From NCBI GenBank assembly GCA_965220775.1, contig OZ244845.1:2066568-2130567 (forward strand): 64,000 bases of DNA. The letters run 5' to 3'. The DNA comes from Chloroflexota bacterium (GTDB taxonomy: Bacteria > Chloroflexota > UBA6077 > FW602-bin22 > JBCLEL01). Positions within the stretch are counted from its first letter, which is position 1. Each line of letters begins with the position of its first letter. A model generated the notes under the pieces. It saw nothing but the letters and a program-made list of their open reading frames with translations, searched no databases and had not been told where the DNA came from. This document shows positions 28,114 through 37,550 of the stretch, one piece after another. Made by a program: the position numbers and the translations under genes.

Positions 28114-31100
28114 CTAGGGCATAATACGGCGGATAGAAATCTCTACCTCGGCACCGCCGAGATTAAGCGGTTCCGAGTGGAATCCGGCCCCAGCCGATCC
28201 CCGCATCGTCTTGGTGGCTAGAGTTTCTCGGCCGATATAGTCGTTGAAGTCCTCGAAGACTTTCTCCATTGCCGGACCGCCGGAGTAGCGCAACTCGATC
28301 CTATCGGCGATGTCGAAGCCGGCGGTTTTGCGCATGGTCTGAATTCGGTGAGCTAGCTCGCGGGCAATGCCTTCGTTGAGCAACTCCTCGGTCAGATCCG
28401 TATCTATCGCAATCGTCAAGCCGTGATCCGAGGCGACGGCAAGTCCCGGCCTATCGACCTTCTGCACGTCCACCTCCTCTGGCAGAAGCGTAAAGCCATC
28501 CAATGGTATCTGCTTACCGTCCTGCACCATGTTGCCGATTACCTTTGGATCGGCGGCCTCGAGTAGCGCCGTGATTCTTCGTAGGTCGCGGCCATATTTT
28601 GGTCCGAGCAGTGGCGTTTTCGGCCGGATAGAGTAAGAAGTGAGTGCGCCGGCATCGTCCGTCACCCTAAGAGCCTTCGCGTTCAGCTCCTCGAGACATT
28701 GATTGGCTAATCGCTGCATTATTTCCGCCTCGGCCTCGTTGCGCGCCGCCACCACCAGTTCGCCGACCGGCTGACGCACCTTGATGCCGGCCTTATTTCG
28801 CGCGGATCTGCCCAAATTCACCACCTGTTGTACTATGCCCATTTCGACCAACAGGCGTTCATCGATCGCTTCGGCGGCGACAGTTGGATAGCCGTTGTGG
28901 TGTACGCTATCCGGCGCCTTACGATCCACCTTACGCACCAAGTTCTGGTAGATCGACTCTGACAGGAAAGGCGTAATTGGGGCCATCAGCTTGGCCAAGG
29001 CAACCAACGTCTCGTATAGCGTCAGATAGGCGGCCAACTTGTCGCTATCGGCTTCCGACTTCCAGAAGCGGCGCCGGCTCCGGCGAACGTACCAATTCGA
29101 CAGATCTTCTAGAAACCCCTCGATCGCTCGCGTCGCGGCAGCCGGCTGGTAGTCGCCTATGCTCTGGTCGACCGACTCGGTTAGCCGATTCAGCTTGGCG
29201 ATAATCCAGCGGTCGAGCTCGGACCGCTGTGGCAGCGGTAGATCATGCTCCGTCGGGTCGAACTGATCTATGTTCGCGTATGTGATCCAGAACGAGTAGA
29301 CGTTCCACAGCGTCAAGATGCGACGTCTCGTCTCGTTGGCCAGACCATAGCCGAAGTTGAGATTCAGGGATGGGTTCTGGCTGGTGTAGATCCAGCGCAT
29401 CACGTCGGCGCCCATCTCTTCGGCCGCATCGTCAAACCAGATCGCGTTCCCGAGACTCTTGTGCATCGCGCGGCCTTGCTCGTCTTGTAGCTTCTCAAAG
29501 ACGAATACGGTCTTGTAAGGGGCCCGGTCCTCCAGTGTTACGCTCATGAAGAGCAAGGAGTAAAACCAGAGCCGGATCTGCTCGCGCATCTCCAGCACCA
29601 GGTCCGCCGGAAACCATTTCTCCCAATACTCGCGGTCGGTCAGATAGCGCAAAGTCGAGAACGGGACAATGCCGGCGTCAAGCCAGCAGTCTCCCACCGC
29701 CGTGATGCGTGATGCCTCCCCGCCGCAACCGGGACAGCGGATCTTGATCGTGTCGATCCAAGGACGATGCAGCTCCGGCACGTTGGTCAGATCCTCGGTC
29801 GCAAGGCTAGCTAGCTCATCGCGCGACCCGACTATCGTTAGCTCGCCACAGTCGCAGTCATAGAACGGCAGCGGCAATCCCCAGAACCGCTTGCGCGAAA
29901 TGCACCAGTCGCCCATATTGTTGAGCCAGTCCTCCATTCGCTTGCCCGCATAGTCCGGGACCCATCGGACCGTGCGCGACGCTTCGATCATTCGCGGCCG
30001 GATCTCGCCGGCGCTGATGAACCACTCATCTACAAGCTTGAACACGAGTTCGGTTTGACACCGCCAACAGACCGGATAGCGATGGGATATGGACTCTCGT
30101 TTGTAAAGGAAGTCGCGCTGGTTTAGATCTGTCGCCACCGGGTCCGGCGCGTCGTGCGCGTGGATGCCAGTAAGTTCACCGAAACCAGCCACGAAATTGC
30201 CGTCGTCGTCAATCGGCACGATTGCAGGCAGCTCTTCAACCTTCGATAGCTCGTAGTCCTCCGCGCCGCAGCCAGGTGCGATATGGACGATTCCGGTGCC
30301 CTCTAGCTCGTTGACTTCATCCCAACCGACGATACGGTGCTCAATGCCGCCGACCGCCGGCAGGTGGTCGAAGGGGCCTTCGTATCGCCATCCGATCAGT
30401 TCTTGGCCTTTCATAGTCGCCAAGACCTCGTAGTCGCCGGCGAGCATGTCGATGGTACCCTTGCTCAGGTAGTAAGTGCGGTCTCCTTGGCGTACTTTGA
30501 CGTAGTCCAGCTCTGGATGGACGGCGCAGGCCACGTTCGCCGGCAGGGTCCAGGGAGTCGTGGTCCACACCACCAGATACTCGCCCGGCCGGTCCTTTAT
30601 CGGCAATCGAAGATAGATGGACGGATGGGTCACGTCGCGATAGCTGTCTATCAGCTCGTGTTGGGAGAGTGATGTGCCGCACCGGGTGCACCAGGGCATC
30701 GAGGTATGACCCTTGTAGAGCCAGCCGTTTTCGGCGCACTTCTTCAGGAAGTGCCAGATGTATTCGACGTTTGTGTCTGACATCGTGTAGTACGAGTCGT
30801 CCCAGTGCATCCACTGGCCCAGCCGAATCGATTGCTCGGTTTGTACACCGCTGAACTTATCTACGCGGGCGCGGCATTGAGCCGAGAACCTGTCGAGACC
30901 GAAGCGCTCGATTTCGCGTTTGGAGTCCAGACCAAGATCCTTCTCAACCTCCACCTCGACCCAAAGCCCCTGGCAGTCGAAACCGTTCTGGTAGCGTTGA
31001 TCCTTGCCGTGCATGGCCTGGTAGCGTTGAAAGATGTCCTTGTAGGTGCGTCCCCACGCGTGGTGCGCGCCCATCGGATTGTTGGCCGTAATAGGACCAT

Positions 31101-31269
31101 CGATGAAGGAGAAAGTGTCCTTGTCTCGGTTATTCTTGACTAACGTCTCGAAGCTGCCAATGCGCTTCCAAAAGTCTAGTATCTCGCGCTCCAATGCCGG
31201 AAAATCCGGCTTCGAACTGACCGGGTCGAATAACAATTTTGTACCCCCTAAGAAAACTCCAAGTGTCAT
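28114..31269 (-). CDS. ileS: Isoleucine--tRNA ligase
   Basis: 1051 aa with class I signatures (ANNPMGAHHAWGRT HIGH-like, MHKSLGN KMSKS-like), editing-domain length, and a zinc-knuckle region CPGCGG. It is preceded by an Ile-specific T-box. Confidence 0.95.
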   Translation of the reverse strand: MTLGVFLGGTKLLFDPVSSKPDFPALEREILDFWKRIGSFETLVKNNRDKDTFSFIDGPITANNPMGAHHAWGRTYKDIFQRYQAMHGKDQRYQNGFDCQGLWVEVEVEKDLGLDSKREIERFGLDRFSAQCRARVDKFSGVQTEQSIRLGQWMHWDDSYYTMSDTNVEYIWHFLKKCAENGWLYKGHTSMPWCTRCGTSLSQHELIDSYRDVTHPSIYLRLPIKDRPGEYLVVWTTTPWTLPANVACAVHPELDYVKVRQGDRTYYLSKGTIDMLAGDYEVLATMKGQELIGWRYEGPFDHLPAVGGIEHRIVGWDEVNELEGTGIVHIAPGCGAEDYELSKVEELPAIVPIDDDGNFVAGFGELTGIHAHDAPDPVATDLNQRDFLYKRESISHRYPVCWRCQTELVFKLVDEWFISAGEIRPRMIEASRTVRWVPDYAGKRMEDWLNNMGDWCISRKRFWGLPLPFYDCDCGELTIVGSRDELASLATEDLTNVPELHRPWIDTIKIRCPGCGGEASRITAVGDCWLDAGIVPFSTLRYLTDREYWEKWFPADLVLEMREQIRLWFYSLLFMSVTLEDRAPYKTVFVFEKLQDEQGRAMHKSLGNAIWFDDAAEEMGADVMRWIYTSQNPSLNLNFGYGLANETRRRILTLWNVYSFWITYANIDQFDPTEHDLPLPQRSELDRWIIAKLNRLTESVDQSIGDYQPAAATRAIEGFLEDLSNWYVRRSRRRFWKSEADSDKLAAYLTLYETLVALAKLMAPITPFLSESIYQNLVRKVDRKAPDSVHHNGYPTVAAEAIDERLLVEMGIVQQVVNLGRSARNKAGIKVRQPVGELVVAARNEAEAEIMQRLANQCLEELNAKALRVTDDAGALTSYSIRPKTPLLGPKYGRDLRRITALLEAADPKVIGNMVQDGKQIPLDGFTLLPEEVDVQKVDRPGLAVASDHGLTIAIDTDLTEELLNEGIARELAHRIQTMRKTAGFDIADRIELRYSGGPAMEKVFEDFNDYIGRETLATKTMRGSAGAGFHSEPLNLGGAEVEISIRRIMP

Positions 31270-31289
31270 CCCTTGGTCCGATAGCAGCC

Positions 31290-31322
31290 AAAAAATAAGC
31301 TCTCGTCCATAGGGACGAGAGC
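31290..31322 (-). terminator. T-box attenuator terminator
   Basis: On the minus strand, gctctcgtcc-ctat-ggacgagagc is followed by TTATTTTTT. Its 5' arm (ctctcg) can alternatively pair with cgagag of the T-box to form the antiterminator. Confidence 0.75.
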
Positions 31323-31545
31323 CAATACTCTCGCGGTACCACCCTAACTAGCAGGTAGCTCGCTCATCAAGGGCGCGCAACCCTACGGTTGTAGGCCCCC
31401 GCCGGCGTTAACGATCGGCGACTCCGTCCGCGTCTACTCGGCTCTACGCGTTTCGGGCGGATGCTCAGGAATGATTTTCAGCCGGATAGCCGGCCCGCTT
31501 TCACCATCCGCGGGCTCTCTGATCGGTCTTCTCGCAGCTTACTCG
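31290..31545 (-). promoter_or_regulatory. T-box riboswitch leader, Ile specifier (AUC)
   Basis: The minus strand contains the canonical T-box AGUUAGGGUGGUACCGCGAGAG (31331-31350), an AGAGAG bulge, a GGUGAAAG distal loop, and the specifier context GAAA-AUC-A (codon at 31473-31475). It lies directly upstream of ileS. Confidence 0.8.
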
Positions 31546-31583
31546 TTTCCCTCGTAGCAGCTTCGATATTGACTTGTCGCCTG

Positions 31584-31613
31584 ATTCTAGGGCCTCGTGC
31601 CGCATTAAGTCAA
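31584..31613 (-). promoter_or_regulatory. Putative sigma-70 promoter of the ileS leader
   Basis: Minus strand TTGACT (31608-31613), 18-nt spacer, TAGAAT (31584-31589). Confidence 0.5.
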
Positions 31614-31824
31614 TCGCCCCGCCGCCGATTCAGGGGGTTTCAATTCTTTAATATTTAGGACTTCTAGAGTATTTTCCTAGGCCGACAAGCAGTTGGTCGA
31701 AACAGTCAACCAACCAAGGCCATTTCGATAGTCCGCAAACCGCATGTCGTCATTCCTGCGAAGGCAGGAATCCAGAGGAGAGGGGGGAGGCACGACCACC
31801 GCCAACCTTTGGTGACAACGAAAG

Positions 31825-32070
31825 TTAGAGAATCAAAAACCCCTGCGCCGATTGCATAATTGACCAACGACTAACGTATTTTGCAGCCATCCGCTCTAAC
31901 TTGACCCAATCCCTCCACCCAACAATGTCCAACTCATATGCTGAAAATATCTTGCCTGTTGTACCATATGCGTGCGATATTTTCATAAATACTGCAACTG
32001 AGTTGCAAAGGCCTATCTTGAGAATCTTGGCGATTAGTGATGGTCGATGAGAATCATCCAGTTGATTCAC
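31825..32070 (-). CDS. Small hypothetical protein (81 aa) in an AT-rich patch
   Basis: The only ORF in a visibly low-GC stretch. It is divergent from the XRE/ImmA gene. No motif; coding status is uncertain. Confidence 0.3.
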   Translation of the reverse strand: MNQLDDSHRPSLIAKILKIGLCNSVAVFMKISHAYGTTGKIFSAYELDIVGWRDWVKLERMAAKYVSRWSIMQSAQGFLIL

Positions 32071-32163
32071 TTGGCCCGATGATCGAATGAGTGGTGATTA
32101 CCGCCAGCTAGGATTCTCCAGTGCCGCAGATCCGTGTGAGCTCGCGGCGATGAGGAATATGTC

Positions 32164-33303
32164 GTGAGTCTTGACAACGCTACTATTGGGTCCCGCCTTC
32201 GAGCCGCCCGCCGGACTCTGGTTCTCACGCAGACCGACGCCGGCAGCCATATGGGAATGGTCACTTCTACGGTTTCGGCCATAGAGGCCGGCAAACGCAG
32301 CGCAACTGGTTCTGAACTGTACGAGTTCTCCCAGCTATACCAACGACCAGTCGCCTACTTCCTTCAAACGGAAGACTTGTCGTCCTCCCCCGGGTTCCAG
32401 TACCTTTTCCGGCGAGTGGACGACACAGTACTCGACCGCTCCCCAATCGTCGAGCTCGAGAGCCTTGCGTCCGACTACGATCTTCTCGAGGACCTTGTTG
32501 GCGTATCTCCCCCTCCATTGCCGCCCGACTACTCTAGCTTTGAGTTTAGAGGAGAGAAGGACGCGGAAGCGCTAGCTGAAATGGAGCGCGTCCGGCTTGG
32601 TCTCGGTGACGCTCCGGTCAAAGACCTCGTCGACCTCTTGGACGGTAATGTCGGCATCCGGGTTTTTATGTTGCCAGTTGGTCAAAAAAGCTTGTCCGGC
32701 CTAGTTGTCCAAAGTCGTAGCGGTCGCCCTTGTGTCTTGGTCAACTCCACCGAAATCCACTATCGACGCAACTTTACCTTGGCCCACGAATACGCTCACG
32801 CATTGGTTCATCTCTCGGAACCATCTGCACCCAAGGCCTGGATCGACTTCTCTTCGAAGAGCAACAGGAAGGATCCGGAGGAGCGCTTCGCTGACTCGTT
32901 CGCCGCCGCGTTCTTGATGCCGAGACGCGCTGTCTTCTCCCAACTTAATCTCATGGCGCGCGGTAGAGCAAAGGAGTTTAAGGATAGTGATTGGGCGCAT
33001 CTGGCTATGCACTTTGGCGTAAGCGGGCAGGCCATGTCCCTACGACTTGTGACCCTTCGCAAACTTTCCAGGCAAGCCCAAAGAGACTACTGGGAGCAAA
33101 GATCCTTTAAGCCAATCGCCGAGGCCTTGGGATACGAAGTCGAGGATGAAGATTGGACAGAGCATGCCATTTTGCCCCCTCGCTACCGCTATCTCGCTAT
33201 GAGAGCTTACGAAGAGGACACCATCTCTCTTTCAAAGCTGGCGGAGTTGCTCAGAGAGGATTTCTACGAATTGCGCGATAGGCTGCATAACATTGCAGAA
33301 TGA
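32164..33303 (+). CDS. XRE-family HTH fused to ImmA/IrrE (M78, DUF955) zinc metallopeptidase
   Basis: N-terminal HTH (IGSRLRAARRTLVLTQTDAGSHMGMVTSTVSAIEAGKR), central HExxH (LAHEYAHALVH), and downstream ERFADSFAAAFLMP, typical of ImmA/IrrE. GTG start. Confidence 0.8.
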   Translation: MSLDNATIGSRLRAARRTLVLTQTDAGSHMGMVTSTVSAIEAGKRSATGSELYEFSQLYQRPVAYFLQTEDLSSSPGFQYLFRRVDDTVLDRSPIVELESLASDYDLLEDLVGVSPPPLPPDYSSFEFRGEKDAEALAEMERVRLGLGDAPVKDLVDLLDGNVGIRVFMLPVGQKSLSGLVVQSRSGRPCVLVNSTEIHYRRNFTLAHEYAHALVHLSEPSAPKAWIDFSSKSNRKDPEERFADSFAAAFLMPRRAVFSQLNLMARGRAKEFKDSDWAHLAMHFGVSGQAMSLRLVTLRKLSRQAQRDYWEQRSFKPIAEALGYEVEDEDWTEHAILPPRYRYLAMRAYEEDTISLSKLAELLREDFYELRDRLHNIAE

Positions 33304-33370
33304 GTCGCCAAGCCCGGACCCACCTCCTCGTTCGCTGGCGTCAATTCATACTTCATTTCGAACATAAATC

Positions 33371-33871
33371 GTGCCGGCTGCACTCCCTACCCGCATAGTC
33401 CTCGACAATTCCGTGATCTCCGCGCTCCGCGAAGCGGAATCGTTGTCGAGAGTGTTGGGGTTCTGGCCGGCACGATGGATAGTTCCCTTACAGGCCAGAG
33501 ATGAGGCAGCGGCGTGGAAGCTTCAAGGAGCGAAAGTCGTTGCCATTCTCGACTCGCTAGGGCGGGAGTCGGTCGTCGAGTTGGCATCGGTTGAACCGAG
33601 AATCGAGGGCCCCCTACTTGTCCGCTTGCAGCGTACGCTAGGGCAGGGAGAGTCGGGGTCAATCGCAATCGCGTTTCACCGCGCGGCTTGGGTTGCTACC
33701 GACGACCGGCGGGCTCGCCGGGCGTGCGACGAACTATCGCCAAGGGTGCGGTGGGTCTCCACCGAGAGGCTGCTCGGCCTGGCGGTAACTGATGGATTCC
33801 TCACACAGACCCAAGCGGAGGAGGTTTGGTCCGCAACCAAGATCCGAGACCCAAAGAGACGCATCCCGTAA
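33371..33871 (+). CDS. PIN-like (DUF3368-type) predicted nuclease
   Basis: IVLDNSVI (Asp on the first strand), GESGSIAIA, and ATDDRRARRAC..L...V..TE.LL match the layout of PIN/DUF3368 proteins. It begins 67 nt after the XRE/ImmA gene. Confidence 0.55.
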   Translation: MPAALPTRIVLDNSVISALREAESLSRVLGFWPARWIVPLQARDEAAAWKLQGAKVVAILDSLGRESVVELASVEPRIEGPLLVRLQRTLGQGESGSIAIAFHRAAWVATDDRRARRACDELSPRVRWVSTERLLGLAVTDGFLTQTQAEEVWSATKIRDPKRRIP

Positions 33872-33879
33872 ATCACCCC

Positions 33880-34479
33880 TCAGCCGGCCCAGGTCTCCCA
33901 ACGCCGGCCCACCTCGGCAACGTCCTCCGGCGTAGTCGCCTTCACCCATTCTCCATCCACCCTTCTAGAGCCTGTCCATTCCTCTAGCAGTGATTGAATC
34001 TCCCAGAGCACCGGACTATGACCTTCGATCAGCCGGCGGTCCCCATCAAACTCCATGTAACGATAGTTTCCGTGCCGCTCGAAGTGTGCACGCACCTCTT
34101 GCCATCCCTGGATGCCACAAACGTCATGGCGACCGTTCAGCACCGCGGGAATGCCAGTGATAGGCACCGGCAGCAAGTGGAGATGGGCGTGGTACACTGA
34201 TTGGCCGGAAACACCGTTCTCCCAGGCCGACGCTTCCGTCTGATAGGTGTCTCGCAGAAACCGTCGGACCGTCTCGACGCATTCGTCCAACTCGGTCAAA
34301 CCCTCGGCCGGCGCTTCCCCGTAACAGCGCAGATGCTCCTTACTGATAATCAAGATTTGACCGCGGACCATCGGATACTTGTCCGCCCTCACGTAAAGCG
34401 ATTCCGTCTCGAAAAGGCTCGCCGGCTGGTCTCTGCGGGAGCAAAAAACGCATTCGGTAGTTTCCCTAGTCCGGCTCAA
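33880..34479 (-). CDS. HIT-family (histidine triad) protein with C-terminal extension
   Basis: CVFC..., the HAHLHLLP histidine triad, and a 14-nt overlap with the 3' end of aspS suggesting co-transcription. Confidence 0.7.
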   Translation of the reverse strand: MSRTRETTECVFCSRRDQPASLFETESLYVRADKYPMVRGQILIISKEHLRCYGEAPAEGLTELDECVETVRRFLRDTYQTEASAWENGVSGQSVYHAHLHLLPVPITGIPAVLNGRHDVCGIQGWQEVRAHFERHGNYRYMEFDGDRRLIEGHSPVLWEIQSLLEEWTGSRRVDGEWVKATTPEDVAEVGRRWETWAG

Positions 34480-36238
34480 TTTCAGTCACTTTGATGTGCA
34501 GCGGCTCCAGCTCCGCCTCCGACACAACGTCTGGCGATCCCGTCATCGGCTCCGCGCCGGCCTGCGACTTTGGGAACGCGGTCATCTCGCGCAGGTTTTC
34601 TTCGCCGGCCAGAATCATCGACAGCCGGTCGATTCCGACTGCGATGCCACCGTGCGGCGGCGTCCCGTACTCGAATGCCTCCAACATGTGGCCGAACAGG
34701 TATTTTGTCCGCTCGTCGCTCATTCCCAGAATGCGAAAGATCTTCGATTGAAGCTCACGCTCATGGATTCGAATGCTTCCGCCGCCAAGTTCGTACCCGT
34801 TCAGAACCACGTCATACTGATTCGCCCGTGCCTTTATCGGATCGGTGTCTAGCAGCGGTATGTCCTCCGGCAGGATCGACGTGAATTGATGGTGTTTGGC
34901 TTGGATCGTTCCGCGCTCCTCGCTCCACTCGAACGCCGGCATCTCGGTTATCCAACAGAAAGCCAGTACGTTCGGGTCCGCCATCTCATGCTTGTCGCCG
35001 ACCGCCAGCCGGACCGCGCCCAGCGCCTCGCAAGCCGCGTATTTCTCGTCGGCCACCAAGAGCAGCAGATCGCCGGCCTTGCAGCCGGCCGCTGACGCAA
35101 GCCGATTCAAATCGCCTTCGGAGAAAAACCGCGTAAGAGGAGACTTGATTCCGTCCGGGTTGAACGCGCACGTAACCAGGCCGCCGGCGCCGGCCCTGCG
35201 TGCGATAGTGTTGAGTTCATCCAACTCGCGGCGGGTGGAGCCAGCAGCGTCCGGTACCACCAACGCCTTGATCACCCCGCCGGCGTCTAACGCCCGGTCG
35301 AAAACTCGAAAGGCACCGCGTTTCACCGCCGAAGTCACGTCGCACAGCTCCAGTCCGAAGCGGATATCTGGCTTGTCGCTTCCGAAACGGCTCATTGCCT
35401 CCTCATAAGTCATTCTCGGGAAAGGACTGGCCAGTAACTGTTTGTTGCCTATCGCCGGGCAAACTTCGGTTAGAAGTGCCTCGGTCAGGTTGAGGATGTC
35501 TTCCTGCTCGATAAACGACATCTCCACGTCAAGCTGCGTGAACTCCAATACGCGGTCGGCGCGCAGGTCCTCGTCGCGGAAGCAGCGCGCGATCTGGAAG
35601 TAGCGGTCGATCCCGCCTACCATTAGCATCTGTTTGTACTGCTGCGGTGACTGAGGTAGGGCGTAGAAATGGCCGGCGTGTAGTCGGCTCGGCACCAGGA
35701 ACTCCCGCGCGCCGCCGGGTGTTTCTTTGACCAAGATAGGCGTCTCTACGTCGATAAAGTCCCGATCCCACATCCATTCTCGAATCCGGCGCACCAACTC
35801 GTGGCGGATCCTTAAATTGTTCAACGGACGCGTCCGCCTCAGGTCCAAGTAGCGGTGCTGCAATCTCAAAGATTCGTCGATGTCGACATCTTCGTTGATG
35901 TAGAAGGGCGGGTTCTTTGCCGGATTCAGAATATTCGCTGTCTGGACCATCAACTCGATTTCGCCGGTCGATAACGAGGCATTTACGGTGCCGGCTGGTC
36001 TCTGCTCGATTATCCCGGTGACTTGGATGACGTACTCCGGCCGAGTCTGGACGGCGATATCGTGCGCCTCCGGCGAGACCTCCGGATTGAACACGACTTG
36101 GGTGAGACCCCAGCGGTCCCGCATGTCGATGAATATAAGACCGCCATGTGAGCGCCGGCGGTGTACCCATCCGGCCAGCGTGACAGTTTGGCCGGCGTTG
36201 GCCGGCCTCAGTTCACCGCAATTGTGTGTCCTTAACAA
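34466..36238 (-). CDS. aspS: Aspartate--tRNA ligase
   Basis: [36 protein letters not shown] and [10 protein letters not shown]. 590 aa, bacterial type. TTG start with GGAGG 9 nt upstream. Confidence 0.95.
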   Translation of the reverse strand: MLRTHNCGELRPANAGQTVTLAGWVHRRRSHGGLIFIDMRDRWGLTQVVFNPEVSPEAHDIAVQTRPEYVIQVTGIIEQRPAGTVNASLSTGEIELMVQTANILNPAKNPPFYINEDVDIDESLRLQHRYLDLRRTRPLNNLRIRHELVRRIREWMWDRDFIDVETPILVKETPGGAREFLVPSRLHAGHFYALPQSPQQYKQMLMVGGIDRYFQIARCFRDEDLRADRVLEFTQLDVEMSFIEQEDILNLTEALLTEVCPAIGNKQLLASPFPRMTYEEAMSRFGSDKPDIRFGLELCDVTSAVKRGAFRVFDRALDAGGVIKALVVPDAAGSTRRELDELNTIARRAGAGGLVTCAFNPDGIKSPLTRFFSEGDLNRLASAAGCKAGDLLLLVADEKYAACEALGAVRLAVGDKHEMADPNVLAFCWITEMPAFEWSEERGTIQAKHHQFTSILPEDIPLLDTDPIKARANQYDVVLNGYELGGGSIRIHERELQSKIFRILGMSDERTKYLFGHMLEAFEYGTPPHGGIAVGIDRLSMILAGEENLREMTAFPKSQAGAEPMTGSPDVVSEAELEPLHIKVTEIEPD

Positions 36239-36362
36239 TTTCTATTCGCCTCCGGTGCGGCTTCAGCGTCGCCGCGCAGTTACTTCGTCTTTCTAGGATG
36301 CCAATTATATATAGGGGTATGACTCTCCCGATCGTCCCGACCGTTTACGACCTGTTACCTAT

Positions 36363-36720
36363 GTGCCCAGTCTAAGTGTTACCCATCTCCCCGGTCGTAC
36401 AATGAGGGTGAACCCGGTAGCGCTGGGGCTCTTCCCCAGACCTCGCCAATCCGGCCAGCCATTTGATCGATTCGCCCTGCAGAATCGCGCCTCCGGCGAA
36501 AGCGTGCCCCGTACTTCTATGCGTGGGCCGGAACCCAGAGCGCGGTGTCAGGCGTGTAATCCAACCAAGCCAGAGCCGGTATCCAGAGGAGGCAAACTCA
36601 TACCTCCTCTCCCTCGATGGGAGAGGATTGAGGTGAGGATGTATACACCCCGGCACCTGGCACAGACTCCACCAACCCGCCTCGCCAACCCCTGCGAGGA
36701 GACAACCTCCATCGGCGAGA
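36363..36720. repeat. Cluster D of mosaic hairpin repeats
   Basis: M1 variant gtagcgctggggctcttccccaga (36417-36440), M2 variant gtgccccgtacttctatgcgtgggccggaaccc (36506-36536), and a further hairpin cctcctctccctcgatgggagaggattgagg. Confidence 0.55.
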
Positions 36721-36721
36721 C

Positions 36722-37534
36722 CTACGAACTCCGTCGCTCCATGGTTGGGGTATCGAGCAACTCCTGGTCCGCCATCCAGCGAATCCAGCGCTGGTGAGTC
36801 TCGTCGTCGATCGAACGCCAGAAATCAGGGTACAGCTGGTGCCCGGGATGCGTTGCCCTGGTTTGAGCGAACATTCGCTGGTTTGACTCCATCTGGTCGC
36901 GAACCGCAAGTAGGGCCTGATCGCTGGTCGGCTCCTCGTAGAACCCAATCTCGCACATCCGCCGGCGGGCCCCTCCGTGGAATGCCCCGTGCCAGATCGG
37001 CATGTTGAACGCAAGGACGTCTCCCGGCTCTGTCTCGAACACGTAGGCCGGCAGCTCATCGGGGTTGACGCCAAATGTAGATTGCGTGTCCCTATTGATC
37101 GTGCTCCACAACGGCTCGCGGTGGGAGCCCGGTATCACGCGCAAGGCCCCATTCGTCGCATCCAGCCGGTCGAAATATGTCGTGAACTTAACCGCCTTGT
37201 AGTCCAAGTTTTTCGCGTCCGCATGCCAGGAAGTGTCGCCTACGTGGTAGCTTCCGCCTATTGCGACGCCAAGCACCCTCGTACCCAGCAACTGCTCAGC
37301 CACGCCGGCTATGCGTGGATCGTGCATCAAAGATGAGGAGAAAGGAGTATTCGAGTCCATCAGTGATGCGAAGTGCCTCGCCTTCCCTTCGTGGACGCCG
37401 TTCGGGAGCCAGGAATCGAGTTCGCTATCGAACTCCTGGCCGAACTTCTGCATTTCATCTGGGGAAAAGAGCTGGCGCAGGGCCACGAAACCGAAGGTGT
37501 TGAAGTGGTTCAGCTGCTGCTGAGTCAGATTCAT
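36722..37534 (-). CDS. PhyH-like Fe(II)/2-oxoglutarate dioxygenase (paralog of the tandem array)
   Basis: MNLTQQQLNHFNTFGFVALRQLFSPDEM, WHAD, RVIPGSHREPLW and FNMPIWHGAFHGG show the same architecture as genes 908..1726 and 1985..2812. Confidence 0.8.
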   Translation of the reverse strand: MNLTQQQLNHFNTFGFVALRQLFSPDEMQKFGQEFDSELDSWLPNGVHEGKARHFASLMDSNTPFSSSLMHDPRIAGVAEQLLGTRVLGVAIGGSYHVGDTSWHADAKNLDYKAVKFTTYFDRLDATNGALRVIPGSHREPLWSTINRDTQSTFGVNPDELPAYVFETEPGDVLAFNMPIWHGAFHGGARRRMCEIGFYEEPTSDQALLAVRDQMESNQRMFAQTRATHPGHQLYPDFWRSIDDETHQRWIRWMADQELLDTPTMERRSS

Positions 37535-37550
37535 TGGATGCTCTCCTTGT

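Noticed and set aside
31660-33875. Interpreting the XRE/ImmA-PIN insert as part of a prophage or integrative element.
   Set aside because: No integrase, recombinase, phage structural gene or flanking direct repeat is visible in the window. I kept only the stand-alone module interpretation.
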